Assembly: GCF_018350175.1 (NCBI RefSeq)
Contig: NC_058368.1
Coordinates: forward strand, 186,684,001 to 186,748,000
DNA length: 64,000 bases
Source: Felis catus
Lineage: Eukaryota
Reading direction: 5' to 3'
Shown here one piece after another: positions 1 through 15,291 of the stretch. The translations under genes were made by a program, and so were the position numbers. The notes under the pieces were generated by a model. The model searched no databases, was not told the origin of the DNA, and was given only the letters and a program-made list of their open reading frames with translations. How positions within the stretch are numbered: the first letter of the stretch is position 1; every line of letters begins with the position of its first letter.

Positions 1-629
1 TAAGAGTTTTGAATGCCTGAGTGAAGAATTTGCTTTTAAGTCTGGACCTGTTGAAAAGGCCATAAAGAATTTTTTCATATTTTTGTTTTCCATTTTTTAA
101 TGCTTTCCTAAGGCATAGAAATGGCACACCAGCCTGTTTTTAAATGAAGTGTAATAGCATCATGTGTAGCACAGATTAGAAGAAGGCAGGAAACTTAAAG
201 CCTGTTGACTAGTATGTTGAAGAATATAAACAAAAGATGCAGAGATCTGAAGCCAGAGTGGACTGTTCTTAATCCTAAGTATTCAAATAAAACTGGTGTG
301 AATACAAATGAGCAGAAACCCTTCAGACCTGGCTCCATCTTTCTGTTCTATGCTGTTGGTGATTGTAGACCATAGATTAAAGAAGAGAACCAGACCCCTG
401 GGTAGAGACGGCATCAGAAACATCTCCTCTAGTCCCTTATAAGAGAGGCAGAGCTGGGAGAAAATATTTTAATTTTGGAGCTTGTAAAACCTTTGTTCAG
501 AAGAAACATTGTTCTTCTCTTGGTCAGGCTAGATACCACCATCCCTTTGCTGATTCCCATGGCAAGGGAAATGACTTTCGCTCTGCAACACTCTCCTGGC
601 TATGAAGAGGTTAGTCCATGGGTAAACAC

Positions 630-756
630 CATCCCCCCACCTGGAAGTTTATTAGAACTACAGAATCTCAGGCTCTACCCACTTAATCCTAGTTCACACT
701 GCATTTTAACAAGATTTCCAGGTGATTTTTATGCACGTGAAATTTGAGCAGCACTG
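630..756. mobile_element. MER5A-like hAT-Charlie DNA transposon fossil
   Basis: ctgcattttaacaagatttccaggtgatttttatgcacgtgaaatttgagcagcactg matches the recalled MER5A end. Confidence 0.65.
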
Positions 757-3700
757 ACAGTTCTCTGCCTCTTCTATGTTACTTCAGGACTTAGGGCTAA
801 TGCATAGGGAAAAAAAAGCAGGGTTGGGTAGTGGGGAAGAATGCTTGTAACCATAACCCAGTCTGGTTTATATGGTTCTAGACAGAACCGTGTAAAGAGT
901 TTAAGGCAGTCACTGACACATAAGGACTTTGAAATGGCAGCTATTACTGTTGTGGTTGTGGTTATTATTATTGTTTATATTATTAATTGGTTTATTTTAC
1001 CTGTATCATCAGCTTAATTGCTTGAGCTCTGCAAACTTAAGGAAGCTTAAGAAACACATTAAGGAGTTAAACTTGCAGGAACAGCCACCAGAGCACTCTG
1101 CTTCCATACAGAGAAAACAAATAGTGAATATTGCATTGAAATCCAAAAAGAGAAATCATCTTTAAAGCACAAAATCTAACATTTTACTTGATTATGATCA
1201 ATTTCCTCTCCTCTTACATAAGATTTGAATTTGAAAATGCTAATAACACAAAAAATGGGTTATCTGTGATGTAGGATGAATGCTGGGCCATGACTTGATG
1301 GTGTCCTTACTAAGATGCCACTTGGTAATCAAGTCTGACCCACCCTAGGCAGATTATTTTGAGCTCTCAAGGCCTAGAAATGATTTGACAGCAGAACATT
1401 AGTGTCTAGCAGTCCATCTAAAGAGCAGAGTGAAGAATAAGATGCAATTAAGGAGTCAGAGCAATCACTCAGAGTGTCTTTGGAATGCTTTCATTGCTGA
1501 ATTTAAACAGTTGTAGCTGACAAGCGAGTCTCTCTCCCTCTTGGAAAATCCCCATAACTAATTGGCATTGACTGTTCTCAGTCTTGCACTTTTGCAAACA
1601 TACAGGACTGTGTGGCGTGTAGTCCATTCTGATTGTGGACTGATAGACTTCTGATTGTGGTCACTGAGTTAGTCATGAGACAAAGGCCTGCTTTCCTGTT
1701 GCACATTAGGTCCTGCTGCTTCCCCAAAACGTTTGTCTGCTTTAAAAGGCAATTTGACCTGGTTGTTATTGAAAATGTTTTTCTTCTCTTCTGGAAATTT
1801 TTTTGGAGGAAAAAAAAAAAAAGATTAATCCACTAAAGGGCAAGACATAGCTCCAAGGGACTATGTACCTTTTCCAGTACTTATCTGGTTTGGGGGGAAC
1901 CTAACTAAAGCACCCTAAAATGTGTGACTAACTCTAGCATTTTATGGAATTATTGCATTGGATGGATATTTTTTATGTCCTCAAAAAATGTCTCTGGTCA
2001 AATAGGTACGGAGAATGCCAGGGGTAAGTAATATTAAGCAAATTCTTTATTGAGGAATTATCTAAACTTTACTGTGTTAAATGTTTGTGACTACAAGAGG
2101 GGCCCGAAATGCACAGTTACTCCCAAATACATTTACTTAGAACCCTTTTCCATGAAGCACATTACAGGATTAGTGTTGCTCAGAATGTAACTTAAGTTTT
2201 AATAATAGTTACTTATATACCGATAACAGTAACCACATAAAAATTTAAATACTAATAGAGCGACATGCTAAAATGTTTACAATGAGGTTTTCAATTCAGA
2301 AAAACTTGTGGAGTGCTGTGATAGACACATAAAAGGGCATGAAATTCGAGATAAGATAGTTCCTAAAAAAATTGAAACCATCCATGACTAGAGTGGATTG
2401 TCCCAATAACACTAGCCCTTAATCCTCAAACATCAACAATTGGTTGTGATGACCAAGAATTAGCAGTTTAAAGCAACTACTATGTTACAGTTGCTATGTT
2501 GGCTACAATGGGAGACAGAAAATAATTACCCTACAACATTTAACAGTCTAATTGGAGAACAAAGTTTAAATGAACAACAAGAGAACAATAGGTCTCTTTA
2601 ATTTCTCACTAGGAAAAAAACAAATGGTGGCATTTATAATCCATTTCTTCTAAATGTTCTCACCAGCCCTCACTGTTTAATATCTTGGTATAGGTTCATA
2701 TTTCTTGCACAGTAAAAATATTTCATCTGAAATGAAATATTTACTTAGTAGATAACAAAATAGACAACTAGACTGACACTAAAGAGAGAAAAAAACTTTT
2801 TTAAATGCCATGTTATGTAATAAGATAATGTCACAATTGTGAGAACACATTCATTTATTATGTGAATGTGTTTAACGTGATAATTTTGCTCCTTAGATCT
2901 CATGTAGTACATATTTTTATCAGTATATGACAGTATATCTGTCATTCACATACATAGATTTTTAAATGTATTTGTTTATCTGTCCTGATCAGAAACTTTA
3001 ACATTTTGTACAATTTTAATTCCTTCAGGTAGATTCCAGTGAAGTTATATTTTGGTTTATTTATAGTCCATCTGAGTTTATGTGGGTTATGTTTTTAATG
3101 ATAATAATACAATATAATTTAATGACTCAGTTTCTGGAATACCATGAATAAAATATAAAAGATGAATTTAATTTGCAAGACATTAATGAGAAGTTTCAGT
3201 GCATCTCCTGATATCTTTTAAAAGATATCTAATTATTTTTTACTCATTATCGTTATGAAAGCTGTAAAAGTCAGGTCATACATATTTGCATATGTTTTCT
3301 TTTATTTTTAATCACTTTGAGACACTGTTAAATATTCCTTCAGAGAAGTTTTCTTTTTAAAAGAAGAGGAAGAAAAAGAAAAATAAATAAAACTAGGTCT
3401 GCTTTCAGTTTATCCTACACAGTATATTGAGCTGGATTTGGAACTTGACCACCCTGGCACAGTCATAAACTGTTGGTCTTTGGTCTTTATAAATTGGTGA
3501 TGCAAGAGCATACATTTGCTTTCCATTGGCAGCATTCCATACTTGGTTAACTCAAAATGAAGTCAAGAAGATAGCAGTTTTTAAGACCAGCAGTAACTAA
3601 GAAATATTACAAATATGCTGCTCCATTATGTCAGATTCCAAAATGTTTGACATCAAAATAAACTTCCAATGTTTCATTTTTGATTTACAAACACACCAGA

Positions 3701-3832
3701 GGGTGTGTCATTGGATACCCAAGTTTCTCATTGTGTAAATGTGTTCAAGTGTTCATAAAATAGAAGCCAGGTGACATGCAATGAAATATGAGTTTTTAAT
3801 TCATTTACAATAATTCTTATTTGAAAAGAAAC

Positions 3833-4015
3833 TAATAGCTAACCTTTTTGAGCATTATCTATCAGGTACTGCTCTAAGCATTTTGTAAGTAACAACTCGT
3901 TTTTCCTGCATAACAACTCTATGAGTTGGCTTTTGTTGTTGTTATTGTTTATTGTTACAATTTACAGATTAAGAAATGAAGAACAGAGAAAGGTTAAGCA
4001 ATTTGCTGAGCTATT
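3833..4015 (-). mobile_element. MIR SINE fossil
   Basis: tttacagattaagaaatgaagaacagagaaaggttaagcaatttgc resembles the MIR core. Confidence 0.6.
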
Positions 4016-5170
4016 ACATAAGGGTAAATACATAATAAAGAACCTTTGGATTTTTCTTAAGGGCTGTGTTATCTTTGGGTGGCTTTTTTTTTTATTCACT
4101 CAGAAGATATTTATCTAATACAACTTTGTGCCAGGTACTGTATTAGGAGCAAGAAACAGAGGTATAGACATGATGAATACCTCCACAATGCCAAGCATCT
4201 GGATAAGCAACCATCACCCAAATCCACACATGTGTTAAATAAATATTTTACTAATTCAACAATATATCCCAAGTGCCTCTCCTCTGCCAGGAATTATCTA
4301 GCAAACACATGTCAGATAGCTGGCATTTTGACAAAAATCTATATTTCATGATAATATTTCTACTTATTAAACAACTGTGAGGCATTGCCTATATAATTAT
4401 TGAAATGCCATAGATATTCCCATGCCTCTGCCCACAGAGAGAGCTTCTGTGAGAAGATTTGTAGCAGTGGACGAGAGAAGATAAAAACTGAGGAAAGGAA
4501 GCTGGAGAGCCAGAAACACACTCTTTACTAATTTAGACTTAGTTCTTATTGAAAATGTAAGAGTTGACTTTACTCCCATTCTCGTTTGAAAATGGCAGCG
4601 TTTGACAATTTTTTTTTCCCTAGAAAATGATGGCCTTCTTGTTTCCTAAATACCTTCTTTCATGTTTATGTACCACAAATCCAATTTACAGTGTCATGAG
4701 CTGGAAGGAAGCTCAATCAACTGAGCCAGGTGCCCTCTTTTGTTATTTAACACTGGTTTGGCCAACATGGGATTGTCATTGATTAAATAATTTCATAACT
4801 GAGAGCTGTGTGCAAATAACCAATGAGAAACGGGATTATATTTGAGATGAAGTCCTGGATTATGAGGATTCCCATGGCCATATTAAGAAAGTTGAAATCA
4901 CAGATAAAAGCACTTGTTGTTTGGGACAGACACCTCAGTTCTTAGGATTAGATAGAGAATATTAATGGGGTAGACTAATGGAGAAAGAGAAGAATATTTT
5001 TACTGTGCCTTTCACTTTGTACCTGGACTCCCCTTCTTAAAATATGAATAATTTGCTTTTAAATGAAAGTTTCATAAGAAGAAAGACATTCTCTAACAAA
5101 ATAAGTGGCTTTAAATGATATCATGCTAAGAAACATGTTGGTGGTGTATAATCTGTTAAATATCCACAAT

Positions 5171-5266
5171 TTTTTTTAAGTAGGCTCCATGCCCAATGTG
5201 GGGCTTGAACTCACCACCATGAGATCAAGAGTCAGATACTCTACCCACTGAGCCAGCCAGGCACCC
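5171..5266 (-). mobile_element. Short/older Can-SINE
   Basis: taggctccatgcccaatgtggggcttgaactcaccaccatgagatcaagagtc...ctgagccagccaggcaccc; tRNA-Lys-derived head. Confidence 0.8.
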
Positions 5267-6539
5267 TGACAACTGTGATTACAATGTACTTTATGATGTT
5301 TGCAAGTAAACAGGCTTTTTTGAAAATCATTAGCTATTATCTAAAGGCCTATAGTTATGGAACCAGAAGTTCAAGTTCTCATTGACTCTTTACAAAAATC
5401 TGTATTTCTGCATCAGATAAAGATGGTTGCTCTTATGAGTAAAGAAGAATGCAGACTTCTAGAAAAGTTAAGACATTGTCTGAGCTGTGCTATGGTTGAT
5501 GTAGATTCTCGAATTGAGAGCACTGTAATTCTTTGAAAAATAATCCATTTCTACTCTTGGAAATTTGACTTGCTTTCTTTGGAAGAAATGTGATTTAATG
5601 AAAATTATAAGAGCTAAGAATGAAAGGACTGATATTCTAGTCCTGTGTAACACTAACTAGTCACATGTCAAAAAGCAAAAAGAACTTAAGTCACATGTCA
5701 AAAAGAATTTAAGCAACCTTTTTAACTAGTTTTTTTATTTTTGGGTTTATTTTTTTATTTTTTGTTTGTGTTTTGTTTTTGTTTGTTTTGTTTTGCTTTT
5801 TGCTTTAAATTGGGGAGCAATATCTGACCTGCCTACTTCTTAGACTTGTAAAAATTCAGCTCTCTGGATGCAAAAGTTCTTTTAAGAAATATGATATACA
5901 AATACAATTTATGCTCTGCAGGTGGGATATTGGGGTGCGTGTGTTTGTAAAATATTAAGATTTAATGGATTTCATTGCATGCTTTTCTCTATAGTTCTGT
6001 TAATAATCTTATAGTTGTTTATTCATTGCAGTTACACATATGCTAACTCACCAAGATATGTGTGCTTATTCTGTTCTGCCTCGTGGATTGAAAGTATCAT
6101 TATAACAGAGGACTTGTTTTTATTATACAGACTTCTATCCCCAGCAACTGTACACTCATGAGCATAGTAGGTGCTCACGAAATAATTATTGAGAAGGTGG
6201 AAACAAGCCTCCTAAATGCACTGTGCCTTTTATAGTGCACATAATACATTTGTATTTACTTTTAAAACTATTAGAATTACTCCTTTTTTTGGTTATTTGG
6301 TCAGGGGTACCTTTTTGGAATTTAGATATGCTGCAAAATCAAATTTGGAGATCATGTCTATGAATATTTAAAAAATGATGACTCAATTCCTTATAATCTC
6401 TTCTGACTTGAAACCCAAATATATTGTAATTCAAAACTTTTATATGGGGGGTTGATATCATTCAATACTGCACTGATAAGTTAAATGATATTTACTTTCT
6501 CTTTTGTTTTGTATTAGAGTACCATCCAGGGTCATGTAA

Positions 6540-7239
<700 letters not shown>

Positions 7240-8711
7240 TAATTGTCGGAGACAGAATACAGAAAGAGAATGACGTTGGTCAGAGTTGTTTGCCCGAGCT
7301 TTATACAACTTACAGAACTGATCCTACTCTTGAAAAATACAGGGAAGAGACGGTTCGCTCACGTCTGACCACAATGAAATTCTCTAGAGGCAATAGAAAA
7401 GAATTCCACATTATCCTCAAAGGTTAAGAATTTCTTTATGGAACCTTACCTCCTGTTTTAGAGCTAAAAGCCCTTCCAGATGTTGAGATTATCCTGATGC
7501 TTTCACCATTCTTACTCTTCTAGCATTGAGGTTTTTGGTTGTCAAACTTGGTTTCACCACCACAGAATTTTAGCAAAAAAGCTTAGGAAAGTAATACTTT
7601 GCTGCATAAGGGAAAAAAACATTAAGGGGAAAAACAGTAAACCCACAGGAATATTTCTTTTTTATGTTTTTCTTATTGGAATGAATTCCCCAGGCACAAA
7701 AAGAGCTAGTACTATAACTATACATTTTTAATTACCCTTCTGCCTTTCCCTGCAAACTACTTCAAGTAAGAGTTGTATGACTTCGTAAGACTATAACGTA
7801 GCCTTAGCTTTAAGAAACAAACAACAGAAACTTTTCCTAAATTGGAGGTCCCTGAATCCCTGAGACACTAGAAATGAGTTCATATCTAAAATATTCTTAC
7901 TTTAATATTACAACACTTAACTTGAGCCCAAGAAGGCTAGGCAAGACTTTCTTTCAATTATTAATAATGTCACCCCTAACACACACGATTCATCAATGTG
8001 ACTTTTTGACATTCTACAACGATGTTCAGTTACATATTTTGTTTAAAGAGTAATTTCCTGGATCATCACAATCAAAGGATTTAGCGTCAGGAATATGATC
8101 CTTTAGTTTTATCTCCCAAAAATATTCTTTGGAAACACTGATTCTCCACCTTTTGATGAGTCAGGCACCCCTTTAGAACTTTGATGGAATCAGTGGAATT
8201 AGCAAACATATATAATCCATACATGTGAAAACCTTCACACAATTTTAGGGAGTTGCTGTATACCTGAAGCTTGCCATTGATCCCAGATGTGCAGTGAATT
8301 CTGGGGCTTGTGAAGAGATTTCTAAAATATGATCAGAGTGTACAGCCTTATTTCTTATATAAAAAAATAAAAACAAAACATCTTACAGGATGGTCTTGTT
8401 GAGGAACAACTGAGGGGGAACAAAGGGACTGTACCAAAATGTCTTGTTTTCATAGTTGTAGAGAATGAGTATCCTTGATCCAGTGCAGGAGCCTGAGCAG
8501 GGAAGAGCTGGAATTCTTTTAATTACTCATGACTATGGGTGTACTCAACACCAAGTAACTTTTGCTAATTAAAAGACCAGTGTTCCCATACTACTTTTTC
8601 AGGAGCAAGTGCCCTTCATCAGGAGCTAAAGTTGAATTTAGGGAAGATTTACAAACTTATTTATGGGCCTTGAAAGAAAAGTATCCTATAAATATTGATT
8701 GATAATTATGA

Positions 8712-8984
<273 letters not shown>

Positions 8985-9629
8985 TAGCCTGGTATTTGTA
9001 ATGCATGATAAGACTGGGCTATGCACATTACAAGAATTTGGCTGTGAAACTTTGGGTTATCTGATTCAGCATTAAATCAATTAAACACAAATTAAAACTC
9101 TTTCATGTCAAAATTAGCTAACCATATAGCAGTTGGTAATGAAATTAGTCCTGTCAATTTTTTTTATTTTTATTGACGCATAGTTTGTGTAATATCACTT
9201 GATAATTTTTCAATTTGCATACTGTGCTTCCTTATCTGGAAAGAGCTCCCTTCCATCTTTTTTTTTTTTTTCTGAGCAGGAGACAAGGAAGTATATTATG
9301 TAACTAACAGATAAGCAAAAAGACTTCTAAAGTCTTATTAAGATTTTGGAGTAGCAGGATAGAGGGCAGAAGACAACAAAGTAAGATGGCTGGGAACTCA
9401 TCCATAGCATCGTTTATCTTATGCTTGATTTTTTTTCTATATGATGCCAGAGGAAGAGAATATATTATATTTCATGAACATTTTTATGTTACTAACTCCA
9501 GATAATAGTAAAGTATGATTATTTTACACAATTTTTATTATTTTGAGTTCTGACTAATCCCTTTAAAATGTTGGACTGTTACCTTCTCCACCATGAGATC
9601 TCAATTCAATCATCACTTCCTGAGAGAAG

Positions 9630-10230
9630 TCATTCATTTTTTCATTCAACAAGTATTTGTTGAACACCTACTATGTGCCAAACATGCTAGATGCTGGAGA
9701 TAAAGTAGTTCCCTTCTGGAAGTTTTGTGCTAGCAGTAAAAGGACAATAAATTTATTTTACTTATAATGTGAACTAGGTAATACAGTATGTCTATAGAGG
9801 GAATAAGCAAGGTGAGGGCAGTTGGGTATGCCAGGAGGAACAGTTTATAATAATCATTGTAAAGTTCATCCAGAAATTATTAATAGAACAAAAACTTCAT
9901 GAAGATAAAGAGTCACTTAAATGTCTGGATGGGAATATTCTAGCCTATTACAAATGCCCTGAGGTAGGAAAGTACCAAGGATATTAGTGAGGTAGCCAGT
10001 GAGGTGAATGTGAGAGTGAGTTCAGGAGTCAAGATGATGTTGGGGACAAGGGACTAAAAGATTATGAGGCAGTTCCAGAACCATGATAAAGACCTTGCTT
10101 TTATTCTGAGTGAAATTTCAGAGCCATCGAGGAAAGAAGTGATATGATTTGATTTCAGATTGAAAGGGATAAATTTGACTGCTGTGTTGAGATTAGATTG
10201 TGGTGGTTCAAGGATGGAAGGGAGAAGTAA
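9630..10230 (-). mobile_element. L2 LINE fossil (3' end)
   Basis: tcattcaacaagtatttgttgaacacctactatgtgccaaacatgctagatgctggagata is a typical antisense L2 3' end. Confidence 0.7.
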
Positions 10231-11299
10231 TGACCTCCTGGACTGAGTCCAGTCCTCTGTGATAACTTCTCTTAAAATACAGAGAACTTCCCTTTGTAGA
10301 CCAACTGTAGTTATAATTTATATTTATTTGGTTTGTGATGTCCTTTTTCTTCATGGTACTGAAAGAAACATTGAAGAAAGGTCCATATATAATTTTGCTT
10401 CCATTATATCTGTGATATCTTACACAATGAATGGTGTTCAGTAAATATTTGCTGAATAAAGTAATGAATGGAATTTGTAAATATCTTATTATTCCAAAGT
10501 GAAAAATCTGTTAATTTTATAATTTTATGTCATTACAGGAAAAATAAATAATTAACTTTTTAAAAGAAATTTGTAAAACATCTTTTGATAGAGTAATTTA
10601 TTACTTGGTCAGAGATATCTTAAAATGAGATTGAGATAGATAGCAAAATTAGCATTGTCAGTTTTATAATATACGTATACAGGGTAATCTGCAGTTGAAA
10701 TAATGAAATGAAAAGTGAAACTGGGAAATGTTTTAAATGACTGATATTATAGAGAAAATACAAAAACTCTAAGACACCTAGACCTAAAGCAAGAACAGAG
10801 TTTTTCTGGCCATGCTCGGAATCAGATGCACAGATTTATTTTTTCTGTAGTTGTTTTATGAGCATATAGAAAAACAAGACAAAAATTATGATCTTTATAG
10901 AGAGATAAAATTAAATCAGAAAACTTACATTCCCAAAATATCATAGAAATTAAACTTTTGGGATGTGTTATTGGGTAGTGGTTAAGGACACAGCTTTCTG
11001 AGTCGGAGAGACGGCCATTCAAATGTTGATTAAACAACTTCTCATCTGTGTGATCTTGATCTCTGGGCTGTTCTCACATCACTATTTTGCTACAAATGTG
11101 GACCTTATCACATTCAGGACTCTGGACTCCTAGTGCTTTTGCCCGGCATATGTCTTCTATCCCTCCAATTATAGAGGGAAACTACTCTTCACTGTTGAAG
11201 ATGACCACTCAGTGAGATGAACAATTATAACCTGAGCCAGTATGCCATTTCCCATAAAGAATCTCCTAATGGTTCCATGTTACTTATCTGTGCATTACA

Positions 11300-12160
11300 T
11301 GCCCCGTTGACCAATCCAGAAACATGAGGGCTAGATACCTGCTTCTCTGCTACCCGTCATCTCCAGCTTCCAAATTTTTATAATCATTTGCCCCTACCAT
11401 CCGTATAATGCAGTCACTGATTTCAATACTATTGTGATTATTTTGATTCATTTCCTCTTTATCACTTAGATTATTCTGAAAAACTGTTAGTTGGTATTCC
11501 ATTTTCCTGTCTTGTATCTTTTCCCTCTGTCCTTCACACTACTACAAGAATGATTGTCCTAAACACAATTTGTCCCTATGTCTCCCTGCTTGAAGCTGGT
11601 CAGTGGCCCCACCTCACCTTCATTTTAAGTTCAGACTCCCCATTAGGCCTGTATATACAGCTCTGCATTATGCAGCCTTACTTAATTTTCACTCTCCTCA
11701 CCATGCTTTCTGTCATATCCTATAATGTACCCACATTGACTTTCTTGAGATGCTTTTGATGGACTGTGTACTTTCAACCCCCCTTCAAAGCACTCTTTAT
11801 AAAAGCTCTCTCTACCTTCACTTTTGACCTCCAGTCCTCTGTTACTTGGGTATCTCCCACTCATCCTTCAGTACTCAGCTCCAAAGTCTCCATTTCCTGA
11901 CCTCTCTCCTGCTGCATCACAAGGCTCAACCAGAGACTTCTCTGTATCCTTGATGCTCACCCTACACACGTGTCTACCATGACATTTAATTTACATCTCT
12001 AGCCTACCACTAGATATATAACTATAAATATATAAATATAAATAAAGGAAATGCTTCAAAATGATTAATGTTATTATGAATTAATGATTTAAATGTGTCT
12101 CCAGGGCCTATCACAGGGCAGGTATGTACCAGTAAGCTATTTTGTGGCATGTATGAGTGA
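11300..12160 (+). mobile_element. L2 LINE fossil
   Basis: Pyrimidine-rich degraded L2-like sequence (ctcatccttcagtactcagctccaaagtc...) ending just before exon 12250; boundaries approximate. Confidence 0.45.
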
Positions 12161-12230
12161 GTAAAAGAGCACAATTAGCCTTTCCAAATATGATGAAATC
12201 AGCAAGGAAACAGGAACATTACTAATCTAA

Positions 12231-12578
<348 letters not shown>

Positions 12579-13223
12579 TGAGGAAACCAAGGCCCAGGGA
12601 AGAGAATGGGTAATTTTCCCAAAATCACAATGTTAATTAGTGATGGAGGCACAATTATGGCCAAAACTTATGTTACATTTGGATGCCCTTTACCTTAACA
12701 CTAGGATTGCCCAAACCATAGTCATCGGAGAACTACCTTTGTGAATTTTTTCATATATGAGTATAATATGTACTATTTTATACCTTATATGCATTTACTC
12801 ACTTTAAGTTTTTTAAAAAGGAAATTTTGTATCACTTAAATCAGTATTACTTGCTGGAAGATAATCTTAAGTAATAAACATAAAACTATTGAAATGAATT
12901 CTAGGCTACACTAGATGAAGACTCTGGGCCTGAGCCTGTTCTCTTTGATTTAAAAGGGAGATAGACAAGTGCAGAGATATATTAAAGATCCACCAGCAAT
13001 AAATGAAGGCTTTCTCTTTGAAGTCATCAGAAGGATAAAAAGAGAAGTGGAGGGTTAAAAAAAAAATAAATTTCTCCTTAAGTGACAGATAATTACTTAA
13101 TGCCTTGCACATGTACCACTTAAAGTCACTGAAGCATGTGACTCTAAGAGACCACCATCTTGCTTGTTACACATAATCAAAGAACAATTTCCATGTGGTT
13201 GTAAATGCTATTTAATCTATAAG

Positions 13224-13403
13224 GCAATGATTCTCAACCTTGGGTGCCCAATCGAATGACTGGGAGAGTATTAACAAATACTGAAGTCTGGATTCCTTTC
13301 CCAGAAATTCTTATTTGAATGTGCTGGAGTATGCCTGGGTATCATAATTTTTAAAATATTCTTCAAACGTTTTGCTAATTTGCAGCCAAGATTTAGAATC
13401 TTC
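13224..13403. mobile_element. MER5B-like DNA transposon fossil
   Basis: caatgattctcaaccttgggtgcccaatcgaatgactgggagag...tgcagccaagatttagaatc. Confidence 0.6.
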
Positions 13404-14517
13404 ATTTAGAGGTTTTGACAGCAGTCCCAGTGGATCCAACCCTCTTTACTACCCAAATGTTACTTCACCTGGCTTCCTCTATCAAACTTTCTGCATTAAA
13501 CAGAATATTTATATATGTATTTTCCCATAGCCCAAATTTAAATCCTTCAATATAGACCAAAAAACAAGGCCTTATTTTAATATCTGCCATAAACAGTGTT
13601 TATAAAGTAGTGCATAGTGTTGAATTTAATAAATAGCTCATAGTAATGAAACTAGGAAAACAGTAATACTTTTAAACTATCTGGTATTATTAACCAGATC
13701 AATCATTATTTAATTGAAATTTTAATATTTCTGACTTCAATTGAATTCCAAGGATAGCACATCACAAATAATCTCTACAGTTAAGTTTTATTTGGAGCAA
13801 ACCCAATGAAAGCTTTAACTCACTACTGTTTTCAAATATCCATAGGTCTCTTTCTCTCTCTCTCTCTCTCGCTCTCTCTCTCGCTCTCGCTCTCACTCTC
13901 TCTGTCTCTTTTGGACTATTCTCTAATCAAAGGCACTTCTTTGCCAGGAGATGATGTTTGTAAAGATGCAAATTCTAAGTATGGCCCTTGATGGCTAATG
14001 ACCCATGGGTCTAGAAAATTGTCAATTTCTTTACAGTGCCTGATGTTTCACTTATTAGAATCTGTCAATAGGTTCTCTCTCAGGCTGTGAAAGAAAAGAA
14101 TGCTTTTAAAAACCATTTTATGATTTTTCTGATATAGTAGCTTCAGTTAAATAAATAAGTAAGTTAATAAATAACACTATCTCATAGGACTGCAATTTGA
14201 ACTGAATCTAAATCAATTGCCCTAATGAAAAGCTGACCTAGTAAGATAACATCTGATCCTTTTTACTTTCATCTACCCTATTTTTTTTCATGCCAGTTTG
14301 CATTTAAATGATGAATTTAAGAGCCAGAGAGTGGCAGTTTTATAGCAAACTGAACCTGGAGAGCTTCAGAGAGTTTTAAGTTCAGTGTCGTGAGCTGAAG
14401 GTAGAAAATGGCTCACTGAGCGAGTACCCCACAGTGGCTGAAGTTGGACCCACAATTCAGAGCATAGAATATCAGAGAACAAAAATGATATCAGAGTTCT
14501 TTGAGTACAGTGGTTCT

Positions 14518-14739
14518 TTTTTTAAAAATTTTTATGTTTATTCATTTTGAGAGAGAGAGAGACAGACAGAGCATGAATGGGGTAGGGGCAGAGAGAGAGG
14601 GAAATACAGAATCTGAAGCAAGCTCCAGGCTCTGAGCAGTCAGCATAGATCCCAATGCGGAGCTCGAATCCACAAACCATAAGATCATGACCTGAACCAA
14701 AGTTGGATGCTTAACTGACTGAGCCACCCAGGTGCCCTT
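14518..14739 (-). mobile_element. Can-SINE (SINEC_Fc-like) inserted at the MER20 terminus
   Basis: Full SINE; TSD agtacagtggttctt / agtacaatggttctt (14504 / 14740). Confidence 0.92.
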
Positions 14740-14743
14740 AGTA

Positions 14744-14965
14744 CAATGGTTCTTAAAACTCAGGCAGTTTTTCCCCCAGAGGATCTTTGGCAATGTCTGT
14801 AGATATTTTTTGGATTGTCAAAACCGGGAGGAGGGGATTAGCACTGGTATCTAGTGAATAGAGGCCAAGAATGCTGGCAAACATCTTTCTGCTCAGTGAA
14901 CAGCCTCCTCCTAACAGAGAACTATCTAGTCCCAAATGTCGATATTGCTGAGCTTAAAAACCCTA
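14744..14965 (+). mobile_element. MER20 hAT DNA transposon
   Basis: caatggttct...tttggcaatgtctgtagatatttttt...ctggtatctagtgaatagaggccaagaatgctggcaaacatc...caaatgtcgatattgctgagcttaaaaaccct matches the recalled MER20 consensus end to end. Confidence 0.85.
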
Positions 14966-15048
14966 GTCTAATCCAATCCTCTAGTTTCAAACACAAGAAA
15001 CTGAAGCCCAGTAAAAATATAAGATGCTTGTTCTATTCTTACAGTTCT

Positions 15049-15079
15049 TTAAAAAAAATTTTTTTAATGTTTGTTTATT

Positions 15080-15117
<38 letters not shown>

Positions 15118-15291
15118 AGCGAGCAAGGGCGGGGGAAGAAGTAGAGAGAAATAGAGACACAGAATCTGAAGCAGGGTCGAGGCTCTGAGCTGTCAGCACA
15201 GAGTCCAGCGTGGGGCTCAAACTCACAAACCGTGAGATCACGACCTGAGCCAAAGTCAGACACTTTACTGACTGAGCCACCTAAGTGCTCT
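15049..15291 (-). mobile_element. Can-SINE (SINEC_Fc-like) with expanded (GA)n
   Basis: ggctctgagctgtcagcacagag...gacctgagccaaagtcagacac...ctgagccac. Confidence 0.92.

Noticed and set aside
5659..5705. 17-bp direct repeat agtcacatgtcaaaaag spaced 30 bp apart
   Set aside because: A small local duplication with no enclosed element.
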